Source of the DNA: Aquificaceae bacterium
Lineage (GTDB): Bacteria > Aquificota > Aquificia > Aquificales > Aquificaceae
Direction of reading: 5' to 3'
NCBI GenBank assembly: GCA_041640635.1
Contig: JBEPZX010000005.1
Location: forward strand, 1 to 64,000
DNA length: 64,000 nucleotides
The translations under genes were made by a program, and so were the position numbers. Within the stretch, counting starts at the first letter, position 1; each line of letters begins with the position of its first letter. The notes under the pieces are model-generated. The model was not told the origin of the DNA. It made no database searches and saw nothing but the letters and a program-made list of their open reading frames with translations. Positions 1-10,942 of the stretch are shown piece by piece.

Positions 1-445
1 AATAAGTGGACCTGACTGGGAAATTATGCCAAACGTAGGCATAGGAATGAACTATTACGATGTAGATGGATTCACAACAAAGGCGGATAATCCAAGTTGG
101 AATAAACATTTCAAGGGTGACAGTAACACCTACGGAGTACTATTAGCAGGATTAAATGGAGCTAAAAGATGGGCAAAAGAAGGCAAGAGATACTATATAG
201 AAGGCTCATTGGGAATGGAACAAGTTATAGGCGATAACGATATACAAATAGAACAGTCTATTCCTGGTATAACTTCACAAACAGCTAGAGTAAAGCAAGA
301 TATTTCTAACTCTTCCTTTGTGGGTAAATTGGGCTTTGGAGTAGAAATAGGAAAAAGGTATGAATTAAAAGTATTGGGTGCTGCCAAATTTAATTCCGAT
401 TACGCCTCTTACGGAGCGCAAGTGGTCTTTGGTGTGCGCTTCTAA
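1..445 (+). CDS. C-terminal part of an outer-membrane beta-barrel protein, probably an autotransporter beta-domain (5'-truncated by window edge)
   Basis: Frame is open from position 2 (ISGPDWEIMPNVG...). Amphipathic beta-strand pattern and a C-terminal ...YGAQVVFGVRF with terminal Phe (BAM signal). Confidence 0.7.
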   Translation, partial: ISGPDWEIMPNVGIGMNYYDVDGFTTKADNPSWNKHFKGDSNTYGVLLAGLNGAKRWAKEGKRYYIEGSLGMEQVIGDNDIQIEQSIPGITSQTARVKQDISNSSFVGKLGFGVEIGKRYELKVLGAAKFNSDYASYGAQVVFGVRF

Positions 446-455
446 AGCATAACAC

Positions 456-486
456 AAGGGGGACCAAGATCCCCCTTTCTTTTTTA
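456..486 (+). terminator. Rho-independent terminator after the beta-barrel gene
   Basis: AAGGGGGA-ccaaga-TCCCCCTT hairpin followed by TCTTTTTT. Confidence 0.85.
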
Positions 487-573
487 AACAGCTTTTGTAT
501 CACTTAGCGATAATAGACATGATAGCTTTAGTGGTTATTGTATAATTTACTATAGTTGCATGGAGGTACCAAA

Positions 574-954
574 ATGCTTCTAAAGTACGAAAGCTCTAAA
601 AGTGTGGAGGAACTCAGAAATGCTATAGAAGAAAAGGCTAAAGCCAAAGCCTTTGGTGTAATGACTGTTCATGAAGTGTCAAAAATACTAGAAAGCAAGG
701 GTGTGCCTATAAGTTACCAGTGTGTAATTGTTGAGGTGTGTTCTCCAAGACACGCAAGCCAAGTTTTGCAAAAGAATCCAAGTATATCAACCGCTATGCC
801 GTGCAGAATATCCATATTCAATGAAGGGGACAAAAGCGTAGTAATGACCATGTCTCCTATGGCAATGCTGGAGATGTTTAATGAACCACAGCTGGAGGAT
901 GTGGCAAAGGAAGTAGAGAAACTCATGAAGGAGATCATAGAGGAAGCCATTTAA
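574..954 (+). CDS. DUF302 family protein
   Basis: GGAGG at 562-566 before ATG 574. Motifs IVEVCSP...STAMPCRISIF are typical of DUF302. Confidence 0.8.
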   Translation: MLLKYESSKSVEELRNAIEEKAKAKAFGVMTVHEVSKILESKGVPISYQCVIVEVCSPRHASQVLQKNPSISTAMPCRISIFNEGDKSVVMTMSPMAMLEMFNEPQLEDVAKEVEKLMKEIIEEAI

Positions 955-2030
955 TGTCCAAAGATGAGTACTATATGCAGATTGCTTTGGAGCTTGCCAA
1001 AGAAAGGAAAGGTTTCACACATCCAAACCCTACCGTAGGTTGCGTTATTGTAAAGGATGACCAAATCATAGCAAAGGCTAACCACGAAAAAGCGGGAGAT
1101 CTACACGCAGAAGCAAAGGCTTTACAGATAGCCGGTGATTTAGCAAAGGGAGCTACTTTATACGTTACCTTAGAGCCTTGCAATCACTTTGGAAGAACAC
1201 CTCCGTGCACAGATGCCATAATAAGAAGCGGTATAAAGAGAGTAGTTATAGCCACCTTAGATCCTAACCCTTTGGTGTGCGGCGGTGGAGTAAAAAAGCT
1301 AAAGGAGCACGTTATAGAGGTAGAAGTTGGTGTGTTGGAGGAACAAGCCAAAGAGTTAAACCAAGACTTTTTTGTTTACATTAGCCAAAAAAGACCCTAC
1401 GTTACGCTAAAGTTTGCTCAGAGTATAGATGGCAAAACAGCCTTGGAAAGCGGTGAAAGTAAGTGGATTACCTCTTTTGAATCCAGAAGACACGCTCACA
1501 CACTGAGAAAGGAAGCCACCGCCATCTTGGTTGGTATAAACACAGTGCTTCAGGATGATCCACTTTTGACGGTGCGCCATGTGGAATCTCAAAAGCAACC
1601 AATTAGAATTGTTCTGGACCCAAATTTAAAGATTCCACTGGAGGCTAAGTTAGTCAAAGATAAATCTAGCAAAACCATAGTGATAACGGCAAATGAAAAC
1701 AGAGAAAAGATAAAAGCTCTTGAGGAAGAAAAGGTGGAAGTTATCCTGGCACCTACAAAAGATGGGAAGCTGGACTTGTCAGAAGTTTTGAGAGAACTCT
1801 ACTTTAGAGAGATAATGCACCTTCTTGTGGAAGGTGGATCCACTACATTAACGAGCTTTATAAAGGAAGGGCTTTTTGATAGAGTTTTTGTTTACATCGC
1901 ACCCTTTTTCATCGGGAAAGGGAAAACCTTGGGGGATATTGGAATAGACAAGCTTGAGGATGCACCTAGGTTAAAGCTAAAGGGTGTTTATAATTTTGGA
2001 GACGACGTAGCAATAGAGTATGTAGCGTAA
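954..2030 (+). CDS. ribD: Bifunctional riboflavin biosynthesis deaminase/reductase RibD
   Basis: [11 protein letters not shown] and [14 protein letters not shown] deaminase motifs; C-terminal reductase with LLVEGG. Confidence 0.97.
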   Translation: MSKDEYYMQIALELAKERKGFTHPNPTVGCVIVKDDQIIAKANHEKAGDLHAEAKALQIAGDLAKGATLYVTLEPCNHFGRTPPCTDAIIRSGIKRVVIATLDPNPLVCGGGVKKLKEHVIEVEVGVLEEQAKELNQDFFVYISQKRPYVTLKFAQSIDGKTALESGESKWITSFESRRHAHTLRKEATAILVGINTVLQDDPLLTVRHVESQKQPIRIVLDPNLKIPLEAKLVKDKSSKTIVITANENREKIKALEEEKVEVILAPTKDGKLDLSEVLRELYFREIMHLLVEGGSTTLTSFIKEGLFDRVFVYIAPFFIGKGKTLGDIGIDKLEDAPRLKLKGVYNFGDDVAIEYVA

Positions 2031-2932
2031 TGAGAATACTTTTTATGGGAACACCATACTTTGCCGTGCCTAGTTTACAAGCTCTCATAGACACCTTTGA
2101 GGTTGTTGGTGTTGTTTCTCAACCCGACAAACCTGCCGGTAGAGGACAAAAACTTACAGCGCCTCCTACAAAGGAGCTTGCTATAAAACATGGCATAAAG
2201 GTTTTTCAGCCTGAAAAGAAGTCACAGATTTGGGATGCTGTGGAGCAAACAAAACCCGATTGTATAGTGGTAGTAGCCTATGGAAAGATTTTGCCACCGC
2301 AGGTAATAAGGTATCCCAAATACGGATGCATCAATTTACACGCCAGCTTACTCCCAAAATACAGAGGAGCCGCACCTATCCAAAGAGCTTTGATGAATTC
2401 AGAAAAAGTAACGGGAAATACAGTTATGCTCATGGACGAAGGAATGGATACAGGTCCCACACTTGCACGCAAAGAAGAGCCCATACTAGAAGAGGACAAC
2501 CTTTTAACACTTACGGAACGCTTAGCACTCAGTGGAGCTCAGCTACTTGTGGATACTCTAAAGAACTGGTTTTCAAACAAAATTGAACCCATTCCTCAAG
2601 ATAACAATCAAGCCATCTATGCGCCACCTATACTAAAGGAGGAGTATCGCATATGCTGGAAATCGAGCGCCCAAAGTGTACACGACAAAGTTAGAGGACT
2701 CTATCCCAACTCTTACGCTTTTTTGGAAAGTGGAGAGCGAATAAAGATTTTAAAAACCAAGGTGATAAAAGGTTCCCATAATCAGGAGCCTGGCACTTTG
2801 CTAGATAAAAAAAGGTTTATAGTTGCATGCGGAGAAGATGCCTTAGAAATTTTAGAGCTTGTGAATCCAAAGGGAAAAAGAATCAGCGGAGAAGCCTTTA
2901 TGTTAGGATACAGGTTTGGTATAATACTTTAA
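2030..2932 (+). CDS. fmt: Methionyl-tRNA formyltransferase
   Basis: [36 protein letters not shown]. Confidence 0.97.
   Translation: MRILFMGTPYFAVPSLQALIDTFEVVGVVSQPDKPAGRGQKLTAPPTKELAIKHGIKVFQPEKKSQIWDAVEQTKPDCIVVVAYGKILPPQVIRYPKYGCINLHASLLPKYRGAAPIQRALMNSEKVTGNTVMLMDEGMDTGPTLARKEEPILEEDNLLTLTERLALSGAQLLVDTLKNWFSNKIEPIPQDNNQAIYAPPILKEEYRICWKSSAQSVHDKVRGLYPNSYAFLESGERIKILKTKVIKGSHNQEPGTLLDKKRFIVACGEDALEILELVNPKGKRISGEAFMLGYRFGIIL
2917..2925 (+). promoter_or_regulatory. Extended -10 promoter element (TGgTATAAT) 7 nt upstream of the aspS ATG; candidate leaderless transcript
   Basis: TGGTATAAT-actttaa-ATG; no SD upstream. Confidence 0.6.
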
Positions 2933-4726
2933 ATGCTTAAACGTTCTCACTACTGCGCCCATGTATCCCACGCTGACATAGACAAAAGCGTTGTTCTTTG
3001 CGGATGGGTTCACAGAAAAAGGAACCACGGAGGAGTAATCTTCATAGATCTAAGAGATGTGTCTGGTTTAGTTCAGGTAGTTGTCGAGGAAGACAAAACG
3101 CCACACGTTTATGAAATTGCAGATACGCTAAAGAGCGAGTATGTAGTGTACGTAGAGGGTGTAGTCAGAAAAAGACCACCTGGAACAGAAAACCCCAAAT
3201 TAAAAACGGGAGAACTCGAAGTCCTTTGCACTCAAATGGAGATTCTAAACACCTCTGAGCCTGTGCCTTTCCCTATAGACGAAGAAACACCCCTTTCTGA
3301 AGAGATAAAACTCAAGTATCGCTTTTTGGACCTAAGAAGGGAAAGTATGAAGGAAAACATAATATTTAGACACAAACTTTACCAAGTGGTTAGAGAGTAC
3401 ATGGTAAGAAATAACTTTATAGAGGTAGAAACACCCTTTTTGACCAAGTCCACACCGGAAGGTGCAAGAGACTTTATAGTGCCTTCTAGGCTACACCCAA
3501 GTAAGTTCTACGCTTTGCCCCAATCACCACAGCTCTTTAAACAAATTTTAATGGTTGCTGGTTTTGACAGATACTTTCAAATAGTTAAGTGCTTAAGGGA
3601 TGAAGATTTGAGAGCGGACAGGCAACCGGAGTTTACGCAGATAGATTTTGAGATGTCCTTTGTAGATGAAGAGGATGTAATGCAAATCAGTGAAGGTTTA
3701 ATCCAAGTCCTTTTTAAGGAACTTTTGGGTGTAGATATAAAGCTTCCCTTGGAGAGAGTGCCTTACCATGTGGCTATGGAGAAGTACGGGACGGACAAAC
3801 CCGATAGAAGGTTTGGCTTAGAACTTGTGGATGTTACGGATATATTCTCAAATACAAACTTTAAAGTCTTTAAAGATACCATCGACAAGGGTGGTGTGGT
3901 AAAGGCTATAAACTTCAAAGGATCGGATCTTTCTCGTAAAGAGATTGATGAACTTACTCAGTTTGTTCAAACCTTGGGAGCAAAGGGATTAGCGTGGATA
4001 AAGGTAGAAAGGGACAGACTCAACTCACCTATAGTGAAGTTTTTCTCTGAGCAAGAGGTAAATCAACTCATACAAAGGCTTGAGGCTAAAGAAGGGGACG
4101 TCATATTCTTTTCCGCTGATAAAAGAGCTATGGTGTATAAAGTACTTGGAAACCTTAGACTTCATATAGGTAAAAAGTACAAGCTCATAGATGAATCCAA
4201 GTGGGATATTTTCTGGGTTGTTGACTTTCCCTTAATGGAATGGGATGATGAAGAGGGACGTTTTGTGTCTTTACACCACCCCTTTACAGCTCCAAAGGAT
4301 GAGGATATTCACCTTTTGGAGAAAGCTTTAAAAACACAAGACCTGGAAGAACAGAAAAACTTAATTCATGCTGTAAGAGCAAAAGCTTACGATATGGTGA
4401 TAAACGGCTACGAGGTAGGAGGTGGCTCCATTAGAATACACAAAGAAAGTGTTCAAAATTTAGTCTTTGAGCTTTTGGGTATTTCACAGGCGCAAGCCCA
4501 AGAAAAGTTTGGATTTTTGCTAAGAGCTCTAAAGTATGGTGCGCCACCTCACGGTGGATTGGCTTTTGGACTGGACAGACTCGTTGCCATAATGAGGAAA
4601 CTGGACTCCATAAGGGATGTCATTGCCTTTCCCAAAACGCAGAAAGGAATATGCCCTTTAACGGGTGCTCCCGATTACGTATCACCTAAGCAACTAAAGG
4701 AAGTTCATATAAAGGTGCTGGAATGA
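2933..4726 (+). CDS. aspS: Aspartate--tRNA ligase, likely non-discriminating (Asp/Asn)
   Basis: STPEGARDF, YALPQSPQLFKQ, DEDLRADRQPEFTQID, GAPPHGGLAFGLDR; RNHGG and RPPG in the anticodon-binding domain. Confidence 0.97.
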   Translation: MLKRSHYCAHVSHADIDKSVVLCGWVHRKRNHGGVIFIDLRDVSGLVQVVVEEDKTPHVYEIADTLKSEYVVYVEGVVRKRPPGTENPKLKTGELEVLCTQMEILNTSEPVPFPIDEETPLSEEIKLKYRFLDLRRESMKENIIFRHKLYQVVREYMVRNNFIEVETPFLTKSTPEGARDFIVPSRLHPSKFYALPQSPQLFKQILMVAGFDRYFQIVKCLRDEDLRADRQPEFTQIDFEMSFVDEEDVMQISEGLIQVLFKELLGVDIKLPLERVPYHVAMEKYGTDKPDRRFGLELVDVTDIFSNTNFKVFKDTIDKGGVVKAINFKGSDLSRKEIDELTQFVQTLGAKGLAWIKVERDRLNSPIVKFFSEQEVNQLIQRLEAKEGDVIFFSADKRAMVYKVLGNLRLHIGKKYKLIDESKWDIFWVVDFPLMEWDDEEGRFVSLHHPFTAPKDEDIHLLEKALKTQDLEEQKNLIHAVRAKAYDMVINGYEVGGGSIRIHKESVQNLVFELLGISQAQAQEKFGFLLRALKYGAPPHGGLAFGLDRLVAIMRKLDSIRDVIAFPKTQKGICPLTGAPDYVSPKQLKEVHIKVLE

Positions 4727-6240
4727 GAGCTGTAATATCCGTTTACTACAAGGATGGTATACTAGACCTGGCTAAAACGCTACAGGAATGCGGTTACGAA
4801 ATTGTATCCACAGGTGGAACAGCCACTTACCTACAGGAGAGTGGAGTAAAAGTTACCAAGGTGGAAGAAGTAACCAACTTTCCCGAAATACTGGATGGGA
4901 GAGTAAAAACACTGCATCCCAAAATCCACGGCGGTATTCTCTATAGGGATTACGTGCAAGAGGACTTAAGGCAAATAGAAAGCCTTGGTATAAAACCCAT
5001 AGATGTGGTTGTGGTAAACCTGTACCCTTTTGAAGAGAAGGCAAGAGAAGATTTAAGCGAAAGGGAGCTCTTGGAGTTTATAGACATAGGTGGACCTACT
5101 TTAATAAGAGCTTCTGCCAAAAACTTTCACAGAGTTACCGTTGTTGTGGACCCAAGCGACTACCAATGGGTAAGTGAGAAGATAAAAAAAGGAACTTTAA
5201 CACTAAAGGACAGGCAGTATTTGGCTGTTAAGGCTTTTTCTTACACAGCTTACTACGACTCTTTAATATCCTTGTATCTTTTTAGTAGATTCCAAATGGA
5301 AGAGCCCTTTACATACTCGGCTTTGCCTTTAAAACTCGAAGGTGCTCTAAGGTATGGAGAAAATCCTCATCAGAAGGGATATATATTTTCCAATCCTTTG
5401 GAATCCCTTGGAATAGTAAAAGCTAAGGTAATACAAGGTAAGCAGATGTCCTTTAACAATTACCTGGATGCGGATTCCGCTGTAAAGCTGGCTTCTGAAT
5501 TCGATAAACCTGTATGCGTCATAGTGAAACACAACAATCCCTGTGCTGTAGCTTTGGGAGAAAATCCTTTGGATGCCTTTTTAAAGGCTTACTCCTTGGA
5601 TGAAGAGTCCGCTTTTGGTGGGATAGTAGCCTTTAACGATATGGTAGACGAAGATACGGCAAAAGAGATAAGCAAAGTATTTTTTGAAATAGTTATAGCT
5701 CCTGAGTTTTCGCCAAAGGCTTTGGAAGTTTTCTCCAAAAAGAAAAACTTAAGGGTAATCCAATACTTTGGACACACCTTCTCCTTTGACATAAAGAAGG
5801 TATCAGGTGGGTATTTGCTTCAAGATGAAGACACTTTGCTTTACGAGGAACTTTCCGTGGTTTCACAGAGAAAGCCCACAGAAGAAGAACTAAAGGACCT
5901 TATTTTTGCCTACAAAGTGTGCAAATACGTAAAATCCAACGCTATGGTTATAGTAAAGGACGGGAAGACCCTTGGCATCGGTTCAGGTAACGTCTCTAGA
6001 GTGGATAGTCTAAGGTGTGCCATATCCAAAGCGAAAAGGTTTGGATTTGATTTAGAGGGTGCGGTTTTGGCTTCCGAGGCTTTCCTTCCTTTCAGAGACA
6101 GTGTGGATATAGCTAAGCAGGCAGGTATCAAAGCGATAATTCAGCCGGGAGGTTCTATAAGGGACAATGAGGTAATAGAGGCTGTCAACGAGTATGGTAT
6201 GGCTATGATTTTCACAAAAACAAGACACTTTAGGCATTAA
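4723..6240 (+). CDS. purH: Bifunctional AICAR formyltransferase/IMP cyclohydrolase
   Basis: STGGTA, GRVKTLHP, IDIGGPT, LRYGENPHQ, KHNNPC, C-terminal RHFRH. Confidence 0.97.
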   Translation: MRAVISVYYKDGILDLAKTLQECGYEIVSTGGTATYLQESGVKVTKVEEVTNFPEILDGRVKTLHPKIHGGILYRDYVQEDLRQIESLGIKPIDVVVVNLYPFEEKAREDLSERELLEFIDIGGPTLIRASAKNFHRVTVVVDPSDYQWVSEKIKKGTLTLKDRQYLAVKAFSYTAYYDSLISLYLFSRFQMEEPFTYSALPLKLEGALRYGENPHQKGYIFSNPLESLGIVKAKVIQGKQMSFNNYLDADSAVKLASEFDKPVCVIVKHNNPCAVALGENPLDAFLKAYSLDEESAFGGIVAFNDMVDEDTAKEISKVFFEIVIAPEFSPKALEVFSKKKNLRVIQYFGHTFSFDIKKVSGGYLLQDEDTLLYEELSVVSQRKPTEEELKDLIFAYKVCKYVKSNAMVIVKDGKTLGIGSGNVSRVDSLRCAISKAKRFGFDLEGAVLASEAFLPFRDSVDIAKQAGIKAIIQPGGSIRDNEVIEAVNEYGMAMIFTKTRHFRH

Positions 6241-6249
6241 ATTAATACC

Positions 6250-6486
6250 ATGGTTAGAGTTCTTTACTTTTCCATCGTCAGAGAGAAACTCAAAAAGGAT
6301 CACGAAGATTTAAACTTTAGTGGAACGGTTAAGGAACTAAAGGAGCTTCTCAAAAATCAGTATCCACAACTTTCTGATTTGCTGGAGAGGGTAAAGTTTG
6401 CCATCAACGAAGAGTATGTGGATGAAAGCTTCCATATAAAGGAAGGTGACACGGTAGCCATCATACCCCCTGTAAGCGGTGGATAA
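6250..6486 (+). CDS. moaD: Molybdopterin synthase sulfur carrier subunit (MoaD/ThiS family)
   Basis: 78 aa, VRVLYF start, AINEEYV, C-terminal IPPVSGG. Confidence 0.85.
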   Translation: MVRVLYFSIVREKLKKDHEDLNFSGTVKELKELLKNQYPQLSDLLERVKFAINEEYVDESFHIKEGDTVAIIPPVSGG

Positions 6487-7414
6487 GAAGGCTTTGGTTA
6501 TAAGACTTTCGTCGCTGGGAGATGTAGCCCTTGCATCCTGTGTTATAGATCCCTTAATATCAAAAGGTTACCAAGTTAGTTTTTTAACTTACAAACCTTA
6601 CGATGAGCTCTTTAAGGATGACCATCGTGTGAAAGCAATAGGCATTAAAAAGGGAGAGCTGTGGAGCGCTTTAAAAGACCTTGGAGACTTTGACTTATAC
6701 GTAGATCTACAAAAGAATCTAAAAACGTTTTATATGCGCTTTAAGTTAGGTGGTAATTGGGTAAGTTACGACAAGCAGTCTATCAGAAGGCGGTTGAGTG
6801 TTTACTTTAAGTCGCTTAGACGCAAATACAGCATAGTGGATGCCTACCTTGAAGCCATAGGAGAAAGCAATAAAAGACCTAAGCTTTTAGTTTCAGACGA
6901 GAGGTTACAAAGGTGGGAAGAAACACTCGGCAAAGACTACGTATGTATAGGACCTGGTGCAAGGTATAAAAAGAAACGTTACCCTCACTATAGAGAACTT
7001 GCAAAGCTTTTAATAGACAAAGGTTACAGGGTGGTAATTGTTGGTGATAAAAAGGACAAGGAAGAAACAAAGGATTATCCAGGTGTAAACTTGTGTGGGG
7101 ATATTTCTTTGACGGATGTTTTGGCGGTGTTAAAACTTTCCAAAGTGTTTGTAGGAAACGATTCGGGACTTTTGCACATGGCAAGAAGCGTTGGAACCAA
7201 GTGTGTTCAAATTTACGGAGGCACACATCCTACACTGGGCTTTTCCCTTTTTGAGGATGAAGGTTTTGTTTTGTTTAAGAACTTAGAGTGTCAACCATGC
7301 CACATACATGGAAGAGGACATTGCAAATTCGGCGATTACAGATGCCTGGATTTCAGTGTAGACTACGTGTTTTCCTATATAGAAAGGCTCTCAAAGGAGA
7401 ACCTTAATCCCTAA
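6479..7414 (+). CDS. Glycosyltransferase family 9 (LPS heptosyltransferase-like)
   Basis: LVIRLSSLGDV, FVGNDSGLLHMA, CQPC...C...C tail. Confidence 0.9.
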   Translation: MDKKALVIRLSSLGDVALASCVIDPLISKGYQVSFLTYKPYDELFKDDHRVKAIGIKKGELWSALKDLGDFDLYVDLQKNLKTFYMRFKLGGNWVSYDKQSIRRRLSVYFKSLRRKYSIVDAYLEAIGESNKRPKLLVSDERLQRWEETLGKDYVCIGPGARYKKKRYPHYRELAKLLIDKGYRVVIVGDKKDKEETKDYPGVNLCGDISLTDVLAVLKLSKVFVGNDSGLLHMARSVGTKCVQIYGGTHPTLGFSLFEDEGFVLFKNLECQPCHIHGRGHCKFGDYRCLDFSVDYVFSYIERLSKENLNP

Positions 7415-10400
7415 GCTCTTTATGCTCTCTATAAGCTCCGACGTAACTTTTACGTTGTATCTTGGGCTTGCTTGCAGTAGTATGTAGTATCCATTCTTTC
7501 GAATCTCGAATAGCACTTCCTTTCCATCTTCCGAAGCGTTTTTCATGATTATGGACTTTAGTTTTTTGAGGGTTTCAGAAGGTATATTTTCTTTTAAAAT
7601 AAGCTTGATTGCTCGTGAATGTGTATTTACATAATCTTCCGGTTTATACACCTCTCGCACTACCAATTTCATTTCATCAAATTCTTCATCATACTCAGCA
7701 TCACACTTAAATACCAAAACGCTATCCTCTTTAATTAGATCCTTGTTACTCTCGTATACATCTGGGAAAGCTACAGCTTGAGCTATACCTGTTTTATCTA
7801 TTATGTTAAACATTGACATGTACTGACCTTTTGATGTTTTCTTTTCCTTGAGCTCGCTAACTACTCCTAACAGGATAAAGGTTCCATCTTCTTCCAAATC
7901 CTCTATAGGTGTGTATTTGCCACGCATAAGGCTCTCATAAGCATCTACAGGGTGGCTAGATATGTAAAAACCTAAAACCTCCTTTTCATACTTTGAAATA
8001 TCTTCTTGGATTTGCCTCTTTTGCTCTCCAAACAGAGAGCTTGATGCTAAAAGTCCTCTATCTTGAGAGTTTATTCTCTCTAGCAAAACTGTTCTCTTTT
8101 CTTTTGTGAAATCAAAAGCTCCGGCTTTTATAAGGGCTTCCAAAACTTTTTTGTTTACTTTTCTTGTGTCCACACTGCGCACAAAATCACCCAAGCTGAT
8201 CCATGGTCTCTTTCTGGAATTTACTATAAGCTTTGCTGTTTCTTCTCCTACACCCTTTAGTCTGGCTAAACCAAACCTGATAGTTTTTTCGCCTTCTATG
8301 GTAAAATCTACCTGACTTTTGTTTATATCTGGCTGTAGCATACGGAACCCCATATTTTTTGCATCTTTTATGAGATTTAGGAATTTTTTATCGTTATGTT
8401 CCGTGGAAAGCTTGACTACAAAGAACTCTTCTGGATAGTGAGCCTTTGTATAAGCTGTCCAGTAGGATATATATCCGTAAGCCACAGAGTGAGATTTATT
8501 AAAAGAGTAACTGGCAAACTTCTCTATGTCTTCCCAAAGCCTTACAATCTTGTTTTCTGGATATCCTCTGTTTACTGCTCCTTTTATGAACTTTTCTCTC
8601 ATCTGCTCCATAACATCCTTTTTCTTTTTTCCTATAGCTTTCCTTAGTGTATCCGCCTCGCCTGGTGTAAAACCTGCAAGTATTTGAGACATTTTCATCA
8701 CTTGCTCCTGGTATACGATAACTCCGTAGGTTTCCTTTAAAACAGGTTCCAATTCTGGGAATATGTAGTCTATGGGCTCTTTACCATGCTTTCTGTTTAT
8801 GTAAGAATCCACTAGTCCGCTTTTTAGTGGTCCTGGTCTGTAGAGTGCGAGTACTGCTACGATATCGTTAAAGTTGTCTGGTTGTAGTCGTTTTAGAAGG
8901 CTCTTCATTCCACCACTTTCCAATTGAAAGACACCCGTTGTATTACCCTCCCTTAGTAACTGATAGACTTTTTCATCATCGAGAGGAAGCCTTTGATACT
9001 CTATGTTTACACCTTTGTTACGGAGCACGTAATCTTTTATGGCTTTGAGCTCCGTAAGAGTTTTAAGACCAAGAAAGTCCATTTTAACCAAGCCCAACTC
9101 TTCGAGCTTGACCATATCAAACTGTGTAGCTATTTGTCCATCTTTATCGCAGTACAGAGGCACAATTTCACTAAGTGGTATGGGTGATATAACCACGCCT
9201 GCTGCATGTAAAGAGGTGTGACGTGTGAGACCCTCAAGCTTCAGTGAGATTTCAACAAGCTTTTTTATTTCAGGTGATTCTTGACACATTTTCCTAAACT
9301 TGTAAACACTGTCTTCTATGTCTGTTCTATGCTTGCCATACTTTTGCAAAAGCTCATCAATTGGAATCAAATACATTTCTTCCAAGGAAAGCCAAGTACC
9401 TTGAACATCACCTTGAGGTATAAGCTTAGCTAACTTGTCAGCTGTAGAGTAGGGAATGCCTAAAGCTCTTGCAACATCTCTAATGGTTTGTTTTGCTTTC
9501 ATAACGTTGTATGTAACTATTTGAGCTACATTTTCTTCTCCATACTTTTGTTGGACATACTCTATGACCTTTTCTCTGTTTTCCATGCAAAAGTCCACAT
9601 CTATATCTGGCATAGAAATACGCTCTGGGTTTAAAAATCTCTCAAATAGCAATTCGTGTTTCATTGGATCTACGTCTGTAATACCGAGCGCAAAAGCCAG
9701 AAGTGAACCCGCTGCTGACCCTCTACCTGGTCCAACTGGTATTTGATTGTTTTTAGCCCAGTTAATAAAATCTTGAACTATCAAAAAATACCCACCAAAT
9801 CCCATTCTAGAAACAACATCCAATTCAAATTCGAGCCTGTTCCAGTATTCTTCTGAATCTCTGGCAAGTTGTTGCTCTATTCTTTGTCTCAGACCTTTGT
9901 ATGCCAGGTCCTTTAGAAACTCTTCAACACTTTTATCCTGAGTATCATAGTGTGGTAAAAGGTAAGAATTGTTTTCAAGTAAAGAAAAACTGTCTGGCAA
10001 GCTTTCTGCAATCCTTACCGTATTAAGCAAAGCTTCCTCCCATCCATCAAACTTATTTCTGAACTTTTCCCAAACTTCCTCAGGACTAGCAAAATGTAGA
10101 CCATCGTTAGCACATTTAAAACCGTTACCGCTCTGAATTTCCATAAGAGTTTTTTTCATCTGAATTGCCATTAGAACCTGATGTGCCAATTTATCATCTA
10201 CATCAAGATAGTGAGAGTCATTAGTAGCCACAAGCTTCACACCTAGCTTCTTAGATATTTCTATGAGATTTTTATTTGCTATTTCCTGCTCGGCAAGATT
10301 ATTGGATTGAAGTTCCAAGTACAAATCATCTCCAAAGACATCCTTAAACTTCTTCACCCATTCCGTTGCTTTTTCGTAATCATTTATACTTGCATAATAC

Positions 10401-10849
10401 GTAGGTACCCCTTTTAGACATGCAGTAATGGCTATCAGACCTCTTGAGTATTTTTGGAGAAGCTCGTAATCGATACGTGGTTTATAGTAAAAGCCTTCTT
10501 TATAAGACAACGAAGAAAGTTTAGCAAGATTTCTAAGACCATCATCGTCTTTTGCTATAAGGATAATATGGTGGTTGAGTTTGTCCGTCATATTATCTTC
10601 TGAACCTTTGCCTTTTCTATCGAAACGTGAACCTGTAGTAAAGTATGCTTCCATACCAATTATAGGTTTTATACCTACAGCTTTCATACTTTTGTAAAAG
10701 TCCAACATACCAAATAAGTTTCCATGGTCTGTTATAGCTACAGCTTTGTAACCCAAAGAAACAGCCTTTTTAGCTAAGTCTTTTATCTTTATAGCTCCAT
10801 CGAGAAGAGAATACTGCGTATGAAGATGTAAGTGCACAAACTCAACCAT
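7391..10849 (-). CDS. dnaE: DNA polymerase III alpha subunit
   Basis: FVHLHLHTQYSLLDGA PHP domain, GRGSAAGS, PDIDVDF, SFNKSHS. Start placed at ATG 10849. Confidence 0.97.
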   Translation of the reverse strand: MVEFVHLHLHTQYSLLDGAIKIKDLAKKAVSLGYKAVAITDHGNLFGMLDFYKSMKAVGIKPIIGMEAYFTTGSRFDRKGKGSEDNMTDKLNHHIILIAKDDDGLRNLAKLSSLSYKEGFYYKPRIDYELLQKYSRGLIAITACLKGVPTYYASINDYEKATEWVKKFKDVFGDDLYLELQSNNLAEQEIANKNLIEISKKLGVKLVATNDSHYLDVDDKLAHQVLMAIQMKKTLMEIQSGNGFKCANDGLHFASPEEVWEKFRNKFDGWEEALLNTVRIAESLPDSFSLLENNSYLLPHYDTQDKSVEEFLKDLAYKGLRQRIEQQLARDSEEYWNRLEFELDVVSRMGFGGYFLIVQDFINWAKNNQIPVGPGRGSAAGSLLAFALGITDVDPMKHELLFERFLNPERISMPDIDVDFCMENREKVIEYVQQKYGEENVAQIVTYNVMKAKQTIRDVARALGIPYSTADKLAKLIPQGDVQGTWLSLEEMYLIPIDELLQKYGKHRTDIEDSVYKFRKMCQESPEIKKLVEISLKLEGLTRHTSLHAAGVVISPIPLSEIVPLYCDKDGQIATQFDMVKLEELGLVKMDFLGLKTLTELKAIKDYVLRNKGVNIEYQRLPLDDEKVYQLLREGNTTGVFQLESGGMKSLLKRLQPDNFNDIVAVLALYRPGPLKSGLVDSYINRKHGKEPIDYIFPELEPVLKETYGVIVYQEQVMKMSQILAGFTPGEADTLRKAIGKKKKDVMEQMREKFIKGAVNRGYPENKIVRLWEDIEKFASYSFNKSHSVAYGYISYWTAYTKAHYPEEFFVVKLSTEHNDKKFLNLIKDAKNMGFRMLQPDINKSQVDFTIEGEKTIRFGLARLKGVGEETAKLIVNSRKRPWISLGDFVRSVDTRKVNKKVLEALIKAGAFDFTKEKRTVLLERINSQDRGLLASSSLFGEQKRQIQEDISKYEKEVLGFYISSHPVDAYESLMRGKYTPIEDLEEDGTFILLGVVSELKEKKTSKGQYMSMFNIIDKTGIAQAVAFPDVYESNKDLIKEDSVLVFKCDAEYDEEFDEMKLVVREVYKPEDYVNTHSRAIKLILKENIPSETLKKLKSIIMKNASEDGKEVLFEIRKNGYYILLQASPRYNVKVTSELIESIKSLGIKVLL

Positions 10850-10942
10850 AAAGGAAAATTTTAACCCCAATTTAAATAAATCTTTGAGGAAACAGATTAT
10901 ATAGGAATCTCAAAAGCTTATAAATCAAATTATACGAACTAC

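Noticed and set aside
487..573. FMN riboswitch upstream of the DUF302-ribD genes
   Set aside because: The region is too short and lacks the conserved RFN sequence blocks.
7391..10849. Possible intein in DnaE or in RpoB/RpoC insertions
   Set aside because: No C/S...HN-C/S/T splice junction or LAGLIDADG motifs seen; DnaE length is ordinary.
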